DNA of 64,000 nucleotides from Octopus bimaculoides (Eukaryota): the NCBI RefSeq assembly GCF_001194135.2, contig NC_068989.1, positions 94,517,512-94,581,511 on the forward strand, given 5' to 3'. The notes below the pieces were generated by a model. It had not been told where the DNA came from and did not search any database. It saw nothing but the letters and a program-made list of their open reading frames with translations. Positions within the stretch are counted from its first letter, which is position 1. The number at the start of each line of letters is the position of its first letter. Both the position numbers and the translations under genes were made by a program. Below, piece by piece: positions 25,977 through 38,982 of the stretch.

Positions 25977-26891
25977 GCATATTATATNNNNNNNNNNNNN
26001 NNNNNNNNNNNNNNNNNNNNNNNNNNNNNNNNNNNNNNNNNNNNNNNNNNNNNNNNNNNNNNNNNNNNNNNNNNNNNNNNNNNNNNNNNNNNNNNNNNNN
26101 NNNNNNNNNNNNNNNNNNNNNNNNNNNNNNNNNNNNNNNNNNNNNNNNNNNNNNNNNNNNNNNNNNNNNNNNNNNNNNNNNNNNNNNNNNNNNNNNNNNN
26201 NNNNNNNNNNNNNNNNNNNNNNNNNNNNNNNNNNNNNNNNNNNNNNNNNNNNNNNNNNNNNNNNNNNNNNNNNNNNNNNNNNNNNNNNNNNNNNNNNNNN
26301 NNNNNNNNNNNNNNNNNNNNNNNNNNNNNNNNNNNNNNNNNNNNNNNNNNNNNNNNNNNNNNNNNNNNNNNNNNNNNNNNNNNNNNNNNNNNNNNNNNNN
26401 NNNNNNNNNNTATATATATACAACAGACACACAAACACAGACACGTAAATTTTGAAATAACGTGATTATTTTAAAGCAGTTATTTTTCAGAATAAGACTG
26501 CTACTTTTATTGATGCTGTGGTCTATATATTGAGAATAGTGTCAAATTTACTGCAAAGTTCGATTTGATTGGGATTTCCATTTCCGCTTATTGATTTGTT
26601 TAACTAGTGGATAAAAGTTTGCCTTCTATTTTATCGGCTCCGAAATAACGAATGATAAAATCTTCATTGACGGAACTTGAACTCAGAGCGTAAAGAGCCG
26701 AGAAAATGCAGTTAAGCTGTGATGACCATAGTGCCAGTCATTCTGCCATTTTGTCATCTAAATAATAATGATTTCAAGTTTTGGTACAACGGCAGCATTT
26801 TCGAGGAAGCGAATAAGTTTCTTGTGATTAACTTTCTCCCTCCCCCCAACCCAAATTTTGGGGCCTTGGAGAAAGGATTATCATTATCATT

Positions 26892-27108
26892 AAGGCAGCG
26901 AGCTGGCAGAATCGTTAGCACCCCGGGCGAAATATCTTTACATTCTGAATTCAAATTCCTCCGAGGTCAACCATGCCTTTCGTCTTATATCGGTCGATTA
27001 AATAAGTACCAGTTACGCACTGTATCGATGTAATCGACTTAATCCCTTCACCCAACTTTGAGGCCTTGTGCCTCAAATTTGAGGCCTTGTGAAACCATTA
27101 TTATTATA
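26892..27108 (+). mobile_element. tRNA-derived SINE, family 1
   Basis: aaggcagcgagctggcagaatcgttagcac head, aattcaaattcc B-box region, taagtaccagtt..gatgtaatcgactta, (ATT)n tail. Confidence 0.85.
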
Positions 27109-28802
27109 TAAACATCAGAAGCTCCAAACACCAAACTTCGTAGGACGTTTCCGAGTGACAGCAGTTCTTGGAATAGCTCACGTCGTGAGAAAAGTGCAGC
27201 TCCGCCAATTTGCGGAATGGAATTGAGACGTGACACAGACAATTCAGGAGAAGATAAGATGATAGATAACATTAAAATACATGTTTTTTACGCTAATGTT
27301 GACCGAGCAAGGTTTAATTCAAATGAGCTTTAATTAGTTCCAACAGGAACATTTGTGAAGAAAAATAACTTTATATGCAAGCATGTTTGTATCTGCGATT
27401 GTAAATTTCTGAAAATCTTTTTTTGAGCCGCATTGTCGGCAAAATGACATACCTAATGTTATATTATCTTCCTCATATGAATCAAGCTTGTGATATTTTT
27501 AAAATAAGAATTGAAAATTTTAAATATATGTACGAAAGAGAAAATTATACGTGTTATGTATTTCTGTTTGCATATAATGTCTGTTAAATTACTAAAACCT
27601 GTAAATAATATTTGAAATATTTTATATATAAATACACACATAATGTCAATAATATTGTGAAGCTCATATCTTGAACCTTTGCACTTAAATTCCCTAATAG
27701 AACATGTTATTGATAGATTTTAGGTTGTCTTACACGTATTACGTTTTTTCATCCTTTTATACGAGAAATCTTTTCGTACTGTATTGTGTTCGTCCTCTGT
27801 TGGATGTATGCATTTTTGCTATGTTTTACAAGTTTTCTTGTTAATATAATCATATATTCCACAGTGATTGTGCATTTGATTCATACAATACTATTTACGT
27901 GCTGATATTCCATTTGCCTCTTTTTTGATATCTCATTTGCAGTATATTTGTGTATTTTTCTATGACTTGGTCTATTAGTTGTATTACTACTGTTCATTAG
28001 TGACTATTTTATGCAGTATTTCAATTGAAGATAAGTTACTAAATGATCTTTTGGACAGATACTCTGGCACTAACAAATTTATTGTTCAATGTCAGTGTTT
28101 AAGTGCAGAGATGTCTTTCTTTCTTTCCTTATTTCTTTTTATTATTTTTATTTATTTATTTTTATTATAGACGATATCTATTTTTAACTGAAAATTTGTC
28201 CAGAAATGGGGATAATATCACTGAAACTTTATACATAATCTATAATGGCTATTGAATTGTACTGCGAACATCATAGCTTCTTTTAATCTCTTCTCATTTT
28301 GCAGTGTCTTCCATGAGAACATTATTACTAATACAAATTGTGTATATTGTATGATCAAGATTACTATTAATATGCGTTTCTACAACGGCCAAAGAGAATG
28401 AACGAGGTAACCTAAGGAATAAACCAGAATACACCATTCTGGTTTAGACACTTCACTGTGACACCAACGAAATATTTCTGGTTTTCTCAAACACTAATAT
28501 AAACGCGACACGGATATAATTTTCAGTAAATTAGCCTATATAAATTGATGGTATTATCATATTTGCGCAAGAAATATCTGGTATGAAGTGGAAAAACTTG
28601 AAAATGCATATGTATAAAGCCAGAAAGTTCTGTTAAATTTTTGACACGATCTCTTTAAGAGAATTATTTTCTCAACGCTTACGGTAACAGAAAAAAAAAA
28701 TTTTTTATTAGAAATTTTCTATTTTTAAATCTCACAACGACAGATATTCAGCAACAGTGCTTTGGAGTATAGATTGTTTGCCAACATAACATGGCAGTCA
28801 TC

Positions 28803-29002
28803 GTTTAGGACGAATGTTGCTGTAATTTAGCCCCAGGAGACATCGTCTCCAGCTGGCTATACGACACGATCTGTGTCCTTATATTTTCGAACAAGAGGTG
28901 CTAGCTTCCCTTGTTTGAAACTATAAGGACACAGATCGTGCCGTAAGGCTACTTGGAGACTATGTATCCCGGGGCTAAATTACAGCAACATTCGTCCTAA
29001 AC
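28803..29002. mobile_element. Fold-back MITE, ~200 bp, near-complete hairpin
   Basis: gtttaggacgaatgttgctgtaatttagcccc..gacacgatctgtgtccttata inverted with tataaggacacagatcgtg..ggggctaaattacagcaacattcgtcctaaac. Confidence 0.85.
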
Positions 29003-29129
29003 CAGGACTGACATGTTATGTTGGAAAATAATCTTTACACTAAGTTTTTATATTCCAATGTGTTTCTCTCTGTGCAGAGCATTTTAAATCATAGTAGTTA
29101 AATTCATATCGATTTTAATCTTTTCAAAT

Positions 29130-30095
29130 GAGTTCAGATAAAACCTATATCAGACACACTGAATGCTGTATGAACTCCAAATGCACTTATCAGTAATCGA
29201 GTCAATGTAATTCAAGCTTTAAGCGTCCGAACAAATCAACGATGGTTCCGTTAGTTTCGCTTTGGAAACTATTCTCTCGCAGATTTTTCTCAATCTAGAC
29301 GACCACGTTCTGTCAACAGTGAGTTTCTGAAAACCTTAGATGAGTAAAATTCAAAGTAAGCTGCACGAGAATAAGAGTCAAACTTTCAGCGTAAAAGAGC
29401 TCCACGAAACAGGTCAACTGTCTGACCTGGGTCAAAAGGTCACACATCCTCTGAATGATTTTTCTTTTAATAAGAGAGTAGGTATCTGCTCGTCCTTTCC
29501 AAAATGTTTCTGGGTATACTCCTCCCAACTGATGAAGAATAGGTTCTCTGTAAACGCATACAACGAAAAGATAATGGTTAATATTCAATGAAAAATGAAA
29601 AATCCACCCTGAAGCAGAACCACACCCGACAAATGTTATGGTTTGCATTTGGTGGGAGGAATTTTTCGTTTATTATGAAGAGTTAATCAAAACGAAATAG
29701 TTGGTGTGAAGAAGTTTTCGCAATTGTAAGCATTTCGTAAATATTTTCCATAGAAGTGTTCATATTTGCTACTCGCAAAGGAGTAATGCTCTTATACGAT
29801 AATACAAGCTTAAATATTGTCCCAGTTGTCTAAGAAAACCGAATATGGTACTAAATATAGAAGCTTTTCTTCATCCTTACTCTCTAATTCACTCTCAGCT
29901 TTCATATAATTGCAATAATTCATATAATTGCAATAATTCAGAGGGAAAACCTTTTCTTCATTATTAAGGGAAGAATGATCCTAGTGAGAATTGCTTCACT
30001 TAACAAACTAAGGACTTTTATGCCACCGGGATCAACAGTTTACCAAACAGAGGCCTTTGTGCTATGAATAATGAGAGAAAATATTATTTTTCATT
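29130..30095 (+). mobile_element. Near full-length but very decayed mariner transposase remnant
   Basis: ALSVRTNQRWFR (HTH), LHETGQLSDLGQKVTHPL (cf. WVPHEL), NVMVCIWWE (cf. KVM..IWW), KGVMLLYDN (cf. LHDNA), KDFYATGINSLPNR (C-terminus). Confidence 0.7.
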
Positions 30096-30246
30096 AAATA
30101 CATACATAAAGACCAGAGAAGCATTTGCTTCTTTTCCATCTTGAAATATGACAGCTCTTTCGAAACTCATATTTAACTACTGTCCTTCCATAGCACTTAC
30201 ATAGCGTTACCAGCCACCTTGGGTCTTCTGGAGACCAATACTTCTC

Positions 30247-30331
<85 letters not shown>

Positions 30332-30339
30332 TGCGTATG

Positions 30340-30535
30340 TGATTGTCCCGCGGCATCGTTTGACAACCGATTCCGGAATGTTTACATCCCCGAAACGTAG
30401 CAGTTCGGCAAAAGAGAACGATAGAATAAGTACTAAACTTACAAAGAATGAGTCCTGGTGTCGATTTGCTCAACTAAAGGCGGTGTTCCAGCATGGCCGC
30501 AGTCAAAGGACTGAAACTAATAAAAGAATAAAAGG
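30340..30535 (+). mobile_element. Family-2 SINE 3' half downstream of a (TG)n tract
   Basis: tgacaaccga..gcagttcggcaaaagagaacgatagaataagtacta..ggcggtgttccagcatggccgcagtcaaaggactgaaac. Confidence 0.8.
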
Positions 30536-30566
<31 letters not shown>

Positions 30567-30594
30567 TATATATATATAATTTTTTCAAAATGAG

Positions 30595-30815
30595 ATAAGA
30601 AAAAACCAAGGCTGTGAAGATTTTAGAACATTTATAAATAGAAGGTCTTACAGCTGTTTCCCGGATATTTATTATATCCCTTCATCGGAGACGGTGTGCG
30701 AAAATTGTTTAGCAATATTTGATTTAGATAAGATACGAATAAAAGAGTGAAGTGAAGGAATGAAGAGAGATGTGAGATATACAGGGATATTGCATTTGTA
30801 TCCAAATATGGATTC
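30595..30815 (-). mobile_element. Hammerhead-bearing repeat (PLE-terminal-like), homologous to 36835-37000
   Basis: Over 200 bp aligned with 36835-37000 in opposite orientation. Confidence 0.7.
30645..30692 (-). ncRNA. Minimal type-I hammerhead ribozyme motif, ACAGCTGT family
   Basis: Reverse complement GTCT-CCGATGA-AGGGATAT aataa ATATCCGG-GAAA-CAGCTG-TA-AGAC. Confidence 0.65.
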
Positions 30816-32152
30816 ATCCAACTATATATCATATATGTATAAATACACGGTTATACAATTTATAAATACATATATCCGTTTGTTTGTGTGTGAGTGTGTG
30901 TTTGTGTGTGTGTGTGTATGTGTGTGTGTGTATGTGTGCGCGTCTATGTGTATGCTTGTGCTTCTTCGTTGTGTATCAACTGAAGGAATAAACGCCGAAG
31001 ACGTAACCGATAAAATGGTGGTTTCTGGTCCTTGCAGGTTTCACAAATACAGTGACTTGTCAATATGGCAGTCAAAAACTTAAATATATCAGAGACGAAT
31101 TTCTTGGCTGTCTAAAAACAACGCAGCCATTGTTCAACACATAAAATATATAAAATAAGTTGAACTCCCTTCCATGCCTGAAGAAAAAATGCTACTCACT
31201 AAAATAATCTGAAGAAAAATCCTTACATCAATGCGCCCCTTATCCATGAGCGCTATGTCGTAGGATGAAAGGAAAAAAAATACTTTTCATAAGAATTCTA
31301 CTCAAAGTAAATCATAAATCATTTGGATCTAAGATCAGGAAAGAAACGGATCACAACCATAATATATCATGTGTGAACACATTCAAAAAGTAATACACTG
31401 TCAACTTTACCAGTAAATAAATCATTTACGGTAAAAACTATTACTTTCAATGCAGAGACCATCACAGACATGCATTCTGCAAAAATCAATTTATAGGCGG
31501 AGCACTGAAAATGCACAATGCTTTTAAAACACTTTGAACATGAAACAGTGTACTTTTGCTATGTACATGCGCACACATACGCACGACACACACACACAAA
31601 CACACATATATACACACACACACAAAACACACACACGCACACACAGACACATATAAATGTATATATACATACATATATATATATATATNNNNNNNNNNNN
31701 NNNNNNNNNNNNNNNNNNNNNNNNNNNNNNNNNNNNNNNNNNNNNNNNNNNNNNNNNNNNNNNNNNNNNNNNNNNNNNNNNNNNNNNNNNNNNNNNNNNN
31801 NNNNNNNNNNNNNNNNNNNNNNNNNNNNNNNNNNNNNNNNNNNNNNNNNNNNNNNNNNNNNNNNNNNNNNNNNNNNNNNNNNNNNNNNNNNNNNNNNNNN
31901 NNNNNNNNNNNNNNNNNNNNNNNNNNNNNNNNNNNNNNNNNNNNNNNNNNNNNNNNNNNNNNNNNNNNNNNNNNNNNNNNNNNNNNNNNNNNNNNNNNNN
32001 NNNNNNNNNNNNNNNNNNNNNNNNNNNNNNNNNNNNNNNNNNNNNNNNNNNNNATATACGCATATATATACATATATATAAGTACATATATATATACATA
32101 TATACATGCATACAGATATAGATATGTAAATCTGTGTGTGTGGGTGTGTGTG

Positions 32153-32193
<41 letters not shown>

Positions 32194-32799
32194 AGAGACA
32201 GAGAGAAAGAGAGGGAAAAGGGAAAGAAAATAGATACAGAGTCGCATGAGAAAATGATTTAGTATTCAAAGAGTTGTACAACTGCTTTGCATATCAATAC
32301 AAAATATATTTAACGTACTTTTATACTTACTTTCAGTGTTCGAGAGATGGAACGTGAAATATTTATTTACACTGACACACACACACACACATAGGCACAC
32401 ACACATACACACAAACCAAATAGCAATGGTTTGAAATTATTTGATACGTACGTTTCAAGTTTAGATATGCGAACCCAAAATGTACGTGTGTGTGTGTGTA
32501 TGTGGGTGTGTGTGTTTACTGTCCTTTAATTGTAAATTCCAAGGATATAAGTGTAGGAAGTTAATAAGCTTCGAGCAGTCTATGGTAGGTCTAAAACAAC
32601 CACTTTCAGGAATGATAAGTTTATTGATATAGATAGTTGTATTCTTTTATCATATCGAAGTTCGATAAACTGAAAAAAGTGGATTCTTACTTTGCTAATC
32701 GCAACTGGGGTTGCTTTAAATACGAATAAATATCCAAATTAAGTGAATGAAGCAGGTAAAAATCCCTGCTACATTTGTTTTCTGGGTAGCAGAGCCTCG

Positions 32800-33002
32800 G
32801 ATATAATAATTAATGAACAAGAGGTACTCTCGCAGCTATCTATCAGGCTGAAGATATTCCTTTAAGATAGTTGTTCTGATATCTATACCGGGCGATGAGT
32901 TGTGTTCTTGAGCATAACACTTCCTGTCATGTTGCTTGAGTCCAATCAACTGGCAAAAGTGTGTAATTCTGCAACAGACCGGTGCCCCATCCATACACGT
33001 CA
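32800..33002 (+). mobile_element. Decayed family-3 SINE, truncated by a gap
   Basis: cgggcgatgagttgtgttcttgagcataacactt..gttgcttgagtccaatcaactggc matches the reverse complement of 49370-49440. Confidence 0.6.
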
Positions 33003-33503
33003 NNNNNNNNNNNNNNNNNNNNNNNNNNNNNNNNNNNNNNNNNNNNNNNNNNNNNNNNNNNNNNNNNNNNNNNNNNNNNNNNNNNNNNNNNNNNNNNNNN
33101 NNNNNNNNNNNNNNNNNNNNNNNNNNNNNNNNNNNNNNNNNNNNNNNNNNNNNNNNNNNNNNNNNNNNNNNNNNNNNNNNNNNNNNNNNNNNNNNNNNNN
33201 NNNNNNNNNNNNNNNNNNNNNNNNNNNNNNNNNNNNNNNNNNNNNNNNNNNNNNNNNNNNNNNNNNNNNNNNNNNNNNNNNNNNNNNNNNNNNNNNNNNN
33301 NNNNNNNNNNNNNNNNNNNNNNNNNNNNNNNNNNNNNNNNNNNNNNNNNNNNNNNNNNNNNNNNNNNNNNNNNNNNNNNNNNNNNNNNNNNNNNNNNNNN
33401 NNNNNNNNNNNNNNNNNNNNNNNNNNNNNNNNNACTCTACCTCTGGTATTTGAGTACTCTTTTTTCCACCTTGTTGCACATTTCATGTGCTTACTCCGGT
33501 ATA

Positions 33504-33554
<51 letters not shown>

Positions 33555-33564
33555 GTATAATTAT

Positions 33565-33889
33565 TTCTATGCCAATATGCTGGGAATAGACTTTAAACCG
33601 TCAATCACCACATACAATACACCTCGTGCTGTAATCGAGGAAGGCAAGCTAACAGAATTTTTTTTAATGCGTTATCGCTATATTGAATCAGTTTCGGGAT
33701 TAATCTAACAGATTTTTCCCTCTTCAGTAGAGATTACGATAATTGATTCAATATAGAGATAACGCATTTTTTTTAAAATTCCGTTAGCTTGCCTTCCTCG
33801 ATTTCAGCACGACGTGTATTCATGAGGAATGTATATTGTAATGCGGTGATTGACGATTTTAAGTCTATTCCCACCATATTAGCATAGAA
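33565..33889. mobile_element. Fold-back MITE, ~325 bp
   Basis: ttctatgccaatatgctgggaatagac..cgtgctgtaatcgaggaaggcaagctaac..atgcgttatcgctatattgaatca inverted with tgattcaatatagagataacgcat..gttagcttgccttcctcgatttcagcacg..gtctattcccaccatattagcatagaa. Confidence 0.85.
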
Positions 33890-34667
33890 TTTTTTTCCTG
33901 TTGCTCTTGATTATAATTGTTTATAATTTTCACCTTTAAATGTATTTTAATATGCTGGCCACTTTGATGAAATGTTTGGACAAAATGTTGTCCTATATTA
34001 GAAGTATATATATGCATAATCAGCTACGTATATACATATATTGTGTGAGAGAGAGAGAGGAGGTAAGAGAGACTATGGTTTTGAGCTTGTGTCTGTAAAC
34101 ATGAGTATTATTAACACTGCAAAATATTTTCACGTATATTGTGATATTCATGATTTTTGTTCCGAATAATCGTATGCAAAATCAAAGTTCAGAATAAAAT
34201 AATGAGTAACTATTTTGTTTGATGTATTATTGCTCAAAATGGTTAATCATATCGAAGTATTGGACCTTATCATACATGTCTACGTTTCATTATTGAAATT
34301 ACGCATAAATATCGAAACGGTGTACGAAAATTAAAAATAAACCCCTCGAATTAGCAAATTGATATTCATTGACGAAATGTGTGTTACACGAGTGAAACTT
34401 GGTATTATTGGATAACCTTGAACAAATAAAGACATGAATTTATTAAATGAAAATTCCTTGAGTTCTGTATTAGATTTCGTGGTTTCATATTTAAGGGAAA
34501 ATACCATAAAATTGATTGTATTAAGTAAGCACCGAAGAAGCAAACAGAGGGAAAAAGTAAATCTTAGCCAAATGAAAAATGAATTCAGTTCTACTGTACG
34601 TATGCAATGATTCCCCTTTTACTCTCTCTGACACTCTCTTCAACTCTAAATATCTGTGTGTGTGTGC

Positions 34668-34714
<47 letters not shown>

Positions 34715-34743
34715 ACATTGTGTGCGTGTGCTAGAGAGAGGGA

Positions 34744-34794
<51 letters not shown>

Positions 34795-34810
34795 AGGAAA
34801 AGATGTGCAG

Positions 34811-35130
34811 GCGTCTGAGTGGTAAGAAGCTTGCTTCCCAACCACATGATTCTGGATTCAGTCTCACTGCGAGGTATCTTGAGAAAGTGTCTTCTGTGTA
34901 TCTGTGTCTGTAAGAGTCTTTCTTTGTTCCCAACCACTCCGTGACAACCGGTGTTGGTGTGGCTCCGTCCGCATTACCTACGTTAGGCGAAAAAAAGCGA
35001 TAGACTATATGTCAAGCTTTAAAAAATAAATAAATAATGGGATCGATACTTACGTTTAAAATCCTTCAAGGTGGTGCCCCTGCATGGTCGCAGTCTAATG
35101 CATGAAGCAAGTAAATGGATAAAAGACATA
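34811..35130 (+). mobile_element. tRNA-derived SINE, family 2, near full length
   Basis: Head gagtggtaagaagcttgcttcccaaccacatgattctggattcagtc (A/B boxes), tail ccttcaaggtggtgcc..catggtcgcagtc. Confidence 0.8.
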
Positions 35131-35924
35131 AAAAATATATATATTCAGAAGAAAATGGGAGGTAATCAGAATTATTTAGTTAACGCTACCGTCTCGTTCT
35201 AGAGTCTTATCAGGATTGATTTTCTAGAGAAAAGTTTTGCTTTATTCATATATTTGACTTTGTGGAAAAAGTTGAATTTTAGAAGAGAATGTTCTTTGTT
35301 AATATGAATTTTGAAATATATAAGTGTGCTTATATATGTGTGCGCGTATGTTTTTGTTTATGTGTGTGTGTGTTTTGTAAATATACTACGATATATTATT
35401 TCGGCTATTGTCTTAGATCGTGTTTGTCTTTACAGCAACACCTCTATTTGTGTTTTGAATAGGACATATTTGGTTTTGCACTGTAGCTCACCTACGTAAG
35501 GAGTTGCCCTTCGCCTCTTCGTACCCAGGAGTAGGAAATTTGCCAAGTATTCATCGGCAGGATTTACCAGGTATTTGAAATTCATTTCAGTTCTCTCCTT
35601 CTTCAGTTATTTCTGAACAACGTTTAATAATTCCGGGTTGTTACAAGCAAGATAGTAGTCAACAATACCTTCACAGCCTGTTTAGTATGATTTGTGTAAA
35701 GGAGGCATTTTACTATCCCGTTTGTGTGAATGATATAGTACTCATAACACCGTTGAATGAAACGGATTCTCGGTAGCTTCACGTGTTTCCAATACTCAAA
35801 ACCTGACATGCCATTTCTTATGGGTTGTTTTTTCAATTCTTTTGGTTTGGCTTAGGTTCGGTAGGAACCTGGTAGGAATTAGTTGAATAGGAGTTACAAC
35901 CTGTAATCTTAGGTATCCTCAAGT

Positions 35925-36160
35925 AGTTGTACTATTAGTAGTAGTGTCGGTGTCGGTGGTGGTGGTAGTGGTAGTAATAGTAGTGGCAGCAGCAGCAGTA
36001 GTAGTATTAGTGCAGCAGCAAAAGTAGTAGTAGTAGTAGTGGTAGTAGTAATAGTAGTAGTAATAGTAGTAGTAGTCGTAGTGTCGGTGGCGGAGGTAGT
36101 GGTAGTAGTATTAGTAGCAGCAGCTGCAGTAGTAGTAGTAGTAGTAGTAGTAGTAGCGAT
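35925..36160. repeat. Imperfect (TAG)/(GTG)/(GCA) trinucleotide field
   Basis: Directly visible. Confidence 0.9.
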
Positions 36161-36834
36161 AAATGCTTGAAAAACATGACTATCACTTTCTGAGTCTCCG
36201 TCGTTAGTACCCAATGACGGCGATGTGAGATGACCAGTAATCACCAGAGCGTCCCTCTACTAGAAGGACGGTAGGGGTCCCTCAGCCCCTGTGATTTTAT
36301 TGTGCAACCTGATATTAAACAAGAATATTTCTGCGTGACCCTGCTCAGATGATATGATATCGCATATGCTGGTTAACTCATACCTAGGACATTGACAGGT
36401 GCCACGAACTTGGGTCAGACGACAAATGGGTTCAACAGTGACCAGGAACTGGTTCCGCACTCCATGAAAAAATTCTGGAAGGCACGAACCAGAGACCCAA
36501 TATCGGATACGTACACATAAGTAGGTCACCTTCTCCCTCTCGCCTTTTTTCTCCTCTCCCTTTAATCCTCTCTTCCTGTCTTCGATTTGACCTTACTAAT
36601 ACATTCCCTACTTTTATGTCATTTTAATCAGGACCCTTGATTCATTAACGCTGTGTATAAACTCTGTATTTGGAATGACCAATTTCAAAGACTTTTGGAT
36701 TGTACTCATAGGGTATTGGAATCTTAATAATGGATTTACAAATGCAATGACCAATCTTAAAGACCATTGGATTTTGCTCACAGTGTATTGGAATCTTATA
36801 TGTATACCAATTTGCCTAAACAATGGATTTACAA

Positions 36835-37000
36835 ATGCAATATCCTTACATTCACTCTCTATTTCCTATCTTATCTAAATTAACTATCGCTTAATCATCC
36901 TCTCACACCGTCTCCGATGAAGGGATATAATAAATATCCTGGAAACAGCTGTAAGACCTAGTTATAGATGTTCTATAATGTACACAGCCTTGGTTTTTTT
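36835..37000 (+). mobile_element. Hammerhead-bearing repeat, homologous to 30595-30815
   Basis: Shared tatcttatctaaat..cacaccgtctccgatgaagggatataataaatatcc..gaaacagctgtaagacct..cacagccttggtttttt. Confidence 0.7.
36910..36957 (+). ncRNA. Minimal type-I hammerhead ribozyme motif, ACAGCTGT family
   Basis: GTCT(helix I)-CCGATGA(core)-AGGGATAT aataa ATATCCTG(helix II)-GAAA-CAGCTG-TA(cleavage GUA, after 36953)-AGAC(helix I'). Confidence 0.7.
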
Positions 37001-38549
37001 ATCTCCTTACGATAAATAAATCCCTATATGCACACGCTGATATATGACCTACGTTGGACCCCTTATTCGCATAATCACCGAACCTGGAGCTTAGCTATGG
37101 TCTATCCATAGCACTTACTCAGNNNNNNNNNNCCGAACCTGGAGCTTAGCTATGGTCTATCCATAGCACTTACTCAGCATTACCTGAAACCTCTGGGTCT
37201 AATTGACACCACTATCGCTCATAACCTCATATATATAGTTATGAAACTAAAACAGATGTGAACGAACGAAAGTGTGAGAAAGTTGGTGAGATACGCTGGA
37301 GCATCGAAATTAAATTTAGATGAGCTATCCCTAACATAACAACGATATGACAAACTGAGCGTATGTGCAGTTCAACACTAAATTCAAGTATAAATGTTCT
37401 TGTACTTATGTATAACTTCTTATTTATCTCATATATTTCTTTAAATATCTAATTTTTTTCGCTTTATAGCTTGACATAAAACTAATTTTGAGATAAAACT
37501 AAAGTTCCAATGTTATATTTCTCTCGAGAAATATAACCGTATGTATGAATATAATGTTATCTATTCTTGGTTTTAGTAAGAAACAGTTGTAGCTGCTGGA
37601 AGCTAACACACGCTACTTAGGTTTTCTGTTACCAATGAATATTTAAAATATAATATTACTATTATAGCTCTGCATCTTGTAGTTCAAGATAATACAATTT
37701 CCATATAAATTTGCCACCCGTATATTGGTGTCTGTACTGTTACTATAGAAGTTTAAGCAAAGAAAATAAATATTGCTTTTCGCCATAGTTATTTTTGTTT
37801 TTGTTTTTATTATATAAGCAGGAAGTTTCAAACTATTTAGGGAAAAGAAAATTGCTGCTTATAACGTTTATATTATCAAAAAGATATATAAATAATAAAT
37901 ATACATCGCTAACGTAACTTAACCTATAGCAAATCGTATTACAAACCAGCCAGCTAGCTAACACGAAAAATGCAACACCAATAAAATTGAAAACTAGAAT
38001 GCAGAGAAAACCTATATCGTGAAACGCTACAAGTTATACAATCCCTTTTTTTTTCTTCAAAAACGAATGAAATTAAAGCAAACAGAAAATTTCATATCTG
38101 GGCGATCAATTACGTAGCTATCTTAAGACCTAAAGCAAATTTAATATACTTGTGATCAATTATATAGCTATCTAAACATCCAAATCGAAAATTTAATATT
38201 ATTCGTCCATATAGGCTAACGCTCTACAAAATCTGATTTATGAACATATGTTAGCATAAATAAAATTAATTAACTTCCTGTTCATCTATTGAAGTATATA
38301 TATAGGTGTTATAATTTAAATGAAAATCTGTTTCGGTCTCTAATGCATATCATACAAATACAATTCATTTATATACTCATATATGAAAAGCATTTTGCAC
38401 AAATACTATATATAGATATATCTATATATATAGAGAGAGAACATATTTAATACGATAGAGATACGCAGATTTTAGCACACACTTATCCAAAGAATGAGTA
38501 GTACCTACTCACAAATACAAGAAATTCAATGCCAATAACCGTTGATATA

Positions 38550-38573
38550 CATGTGTGTGTGTGTGAGTGTGTG

Positions 38574-38608
<35 letters not shown>

Positions 38609-38710
38609 GTCTGTGTCTGTGTGTCTGTGTGTCTGTATGTGTGTGTCTGTGTGTGTGTGTCTGTGTCTGTGTGTCTGTGTCTGTGTCTGTGTCTGTGTGT
38701 GTGTGTACGT
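38550..38710. repeat. (TG)n/(TGTC)n microsatellite
   Basis: Directly visible. Confidence 0.95.
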
Positions 38711-38982
38711 GTAGGAATGAAAATCGTGTACGTCTACGGCTGGCTAGAAAGATTGCTTGCTTACTAGCAATTTTGGTATATTCAGCTGACACCAAAAGCT
38801 AAAAAACCTCTAGGGTGTTGTTGACTGACGCTACAAACATGCATTGTTTCAGTGTTAATGAATACTCCTCCTTGGTATTATGAGGACCAAAAGAAAATGC
38901 ATTTCAAAATGTTTCTATGAACTTCTATATAAAAAAATTATCATGTGATAGAATGGTGTCACCTTCATATGACAGTCACGTG

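Noticed and set aside
27110-27330. Stop-free plus frame (TSEAPNTKLRR...NSNEL*) with an open antisense frame
   Set aside because: No start, acceptor or recognisable motif; embedded among SINE fragments.
27979-28170. EDKLLNDLLDRY resembling the N-terminal helix of Cys-loop (nAChR-like) receptors
   Set aside because: No downstream RP, WxPD or Cys-loop motifs found anywhere in the window, and splice sites are weak.
32836-33002. TCMDGAPVC peptide initially suggesting a Penelope RT 'GxxMG' motif
   Set aside because: The DNA matches the family-3 SINE body instead.
35492-35677. Minus-strand exon-like segment with AG and GTGAG boundaries and protein-like pieces
   Set aside because: All three frames contain stops; no family could be assigned.
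37078-37177. 45-bp direct repeat on both sides of a 10-N gap
   Set aside because: Typical unmerged contig overlap, i.e. an assembly artefact.
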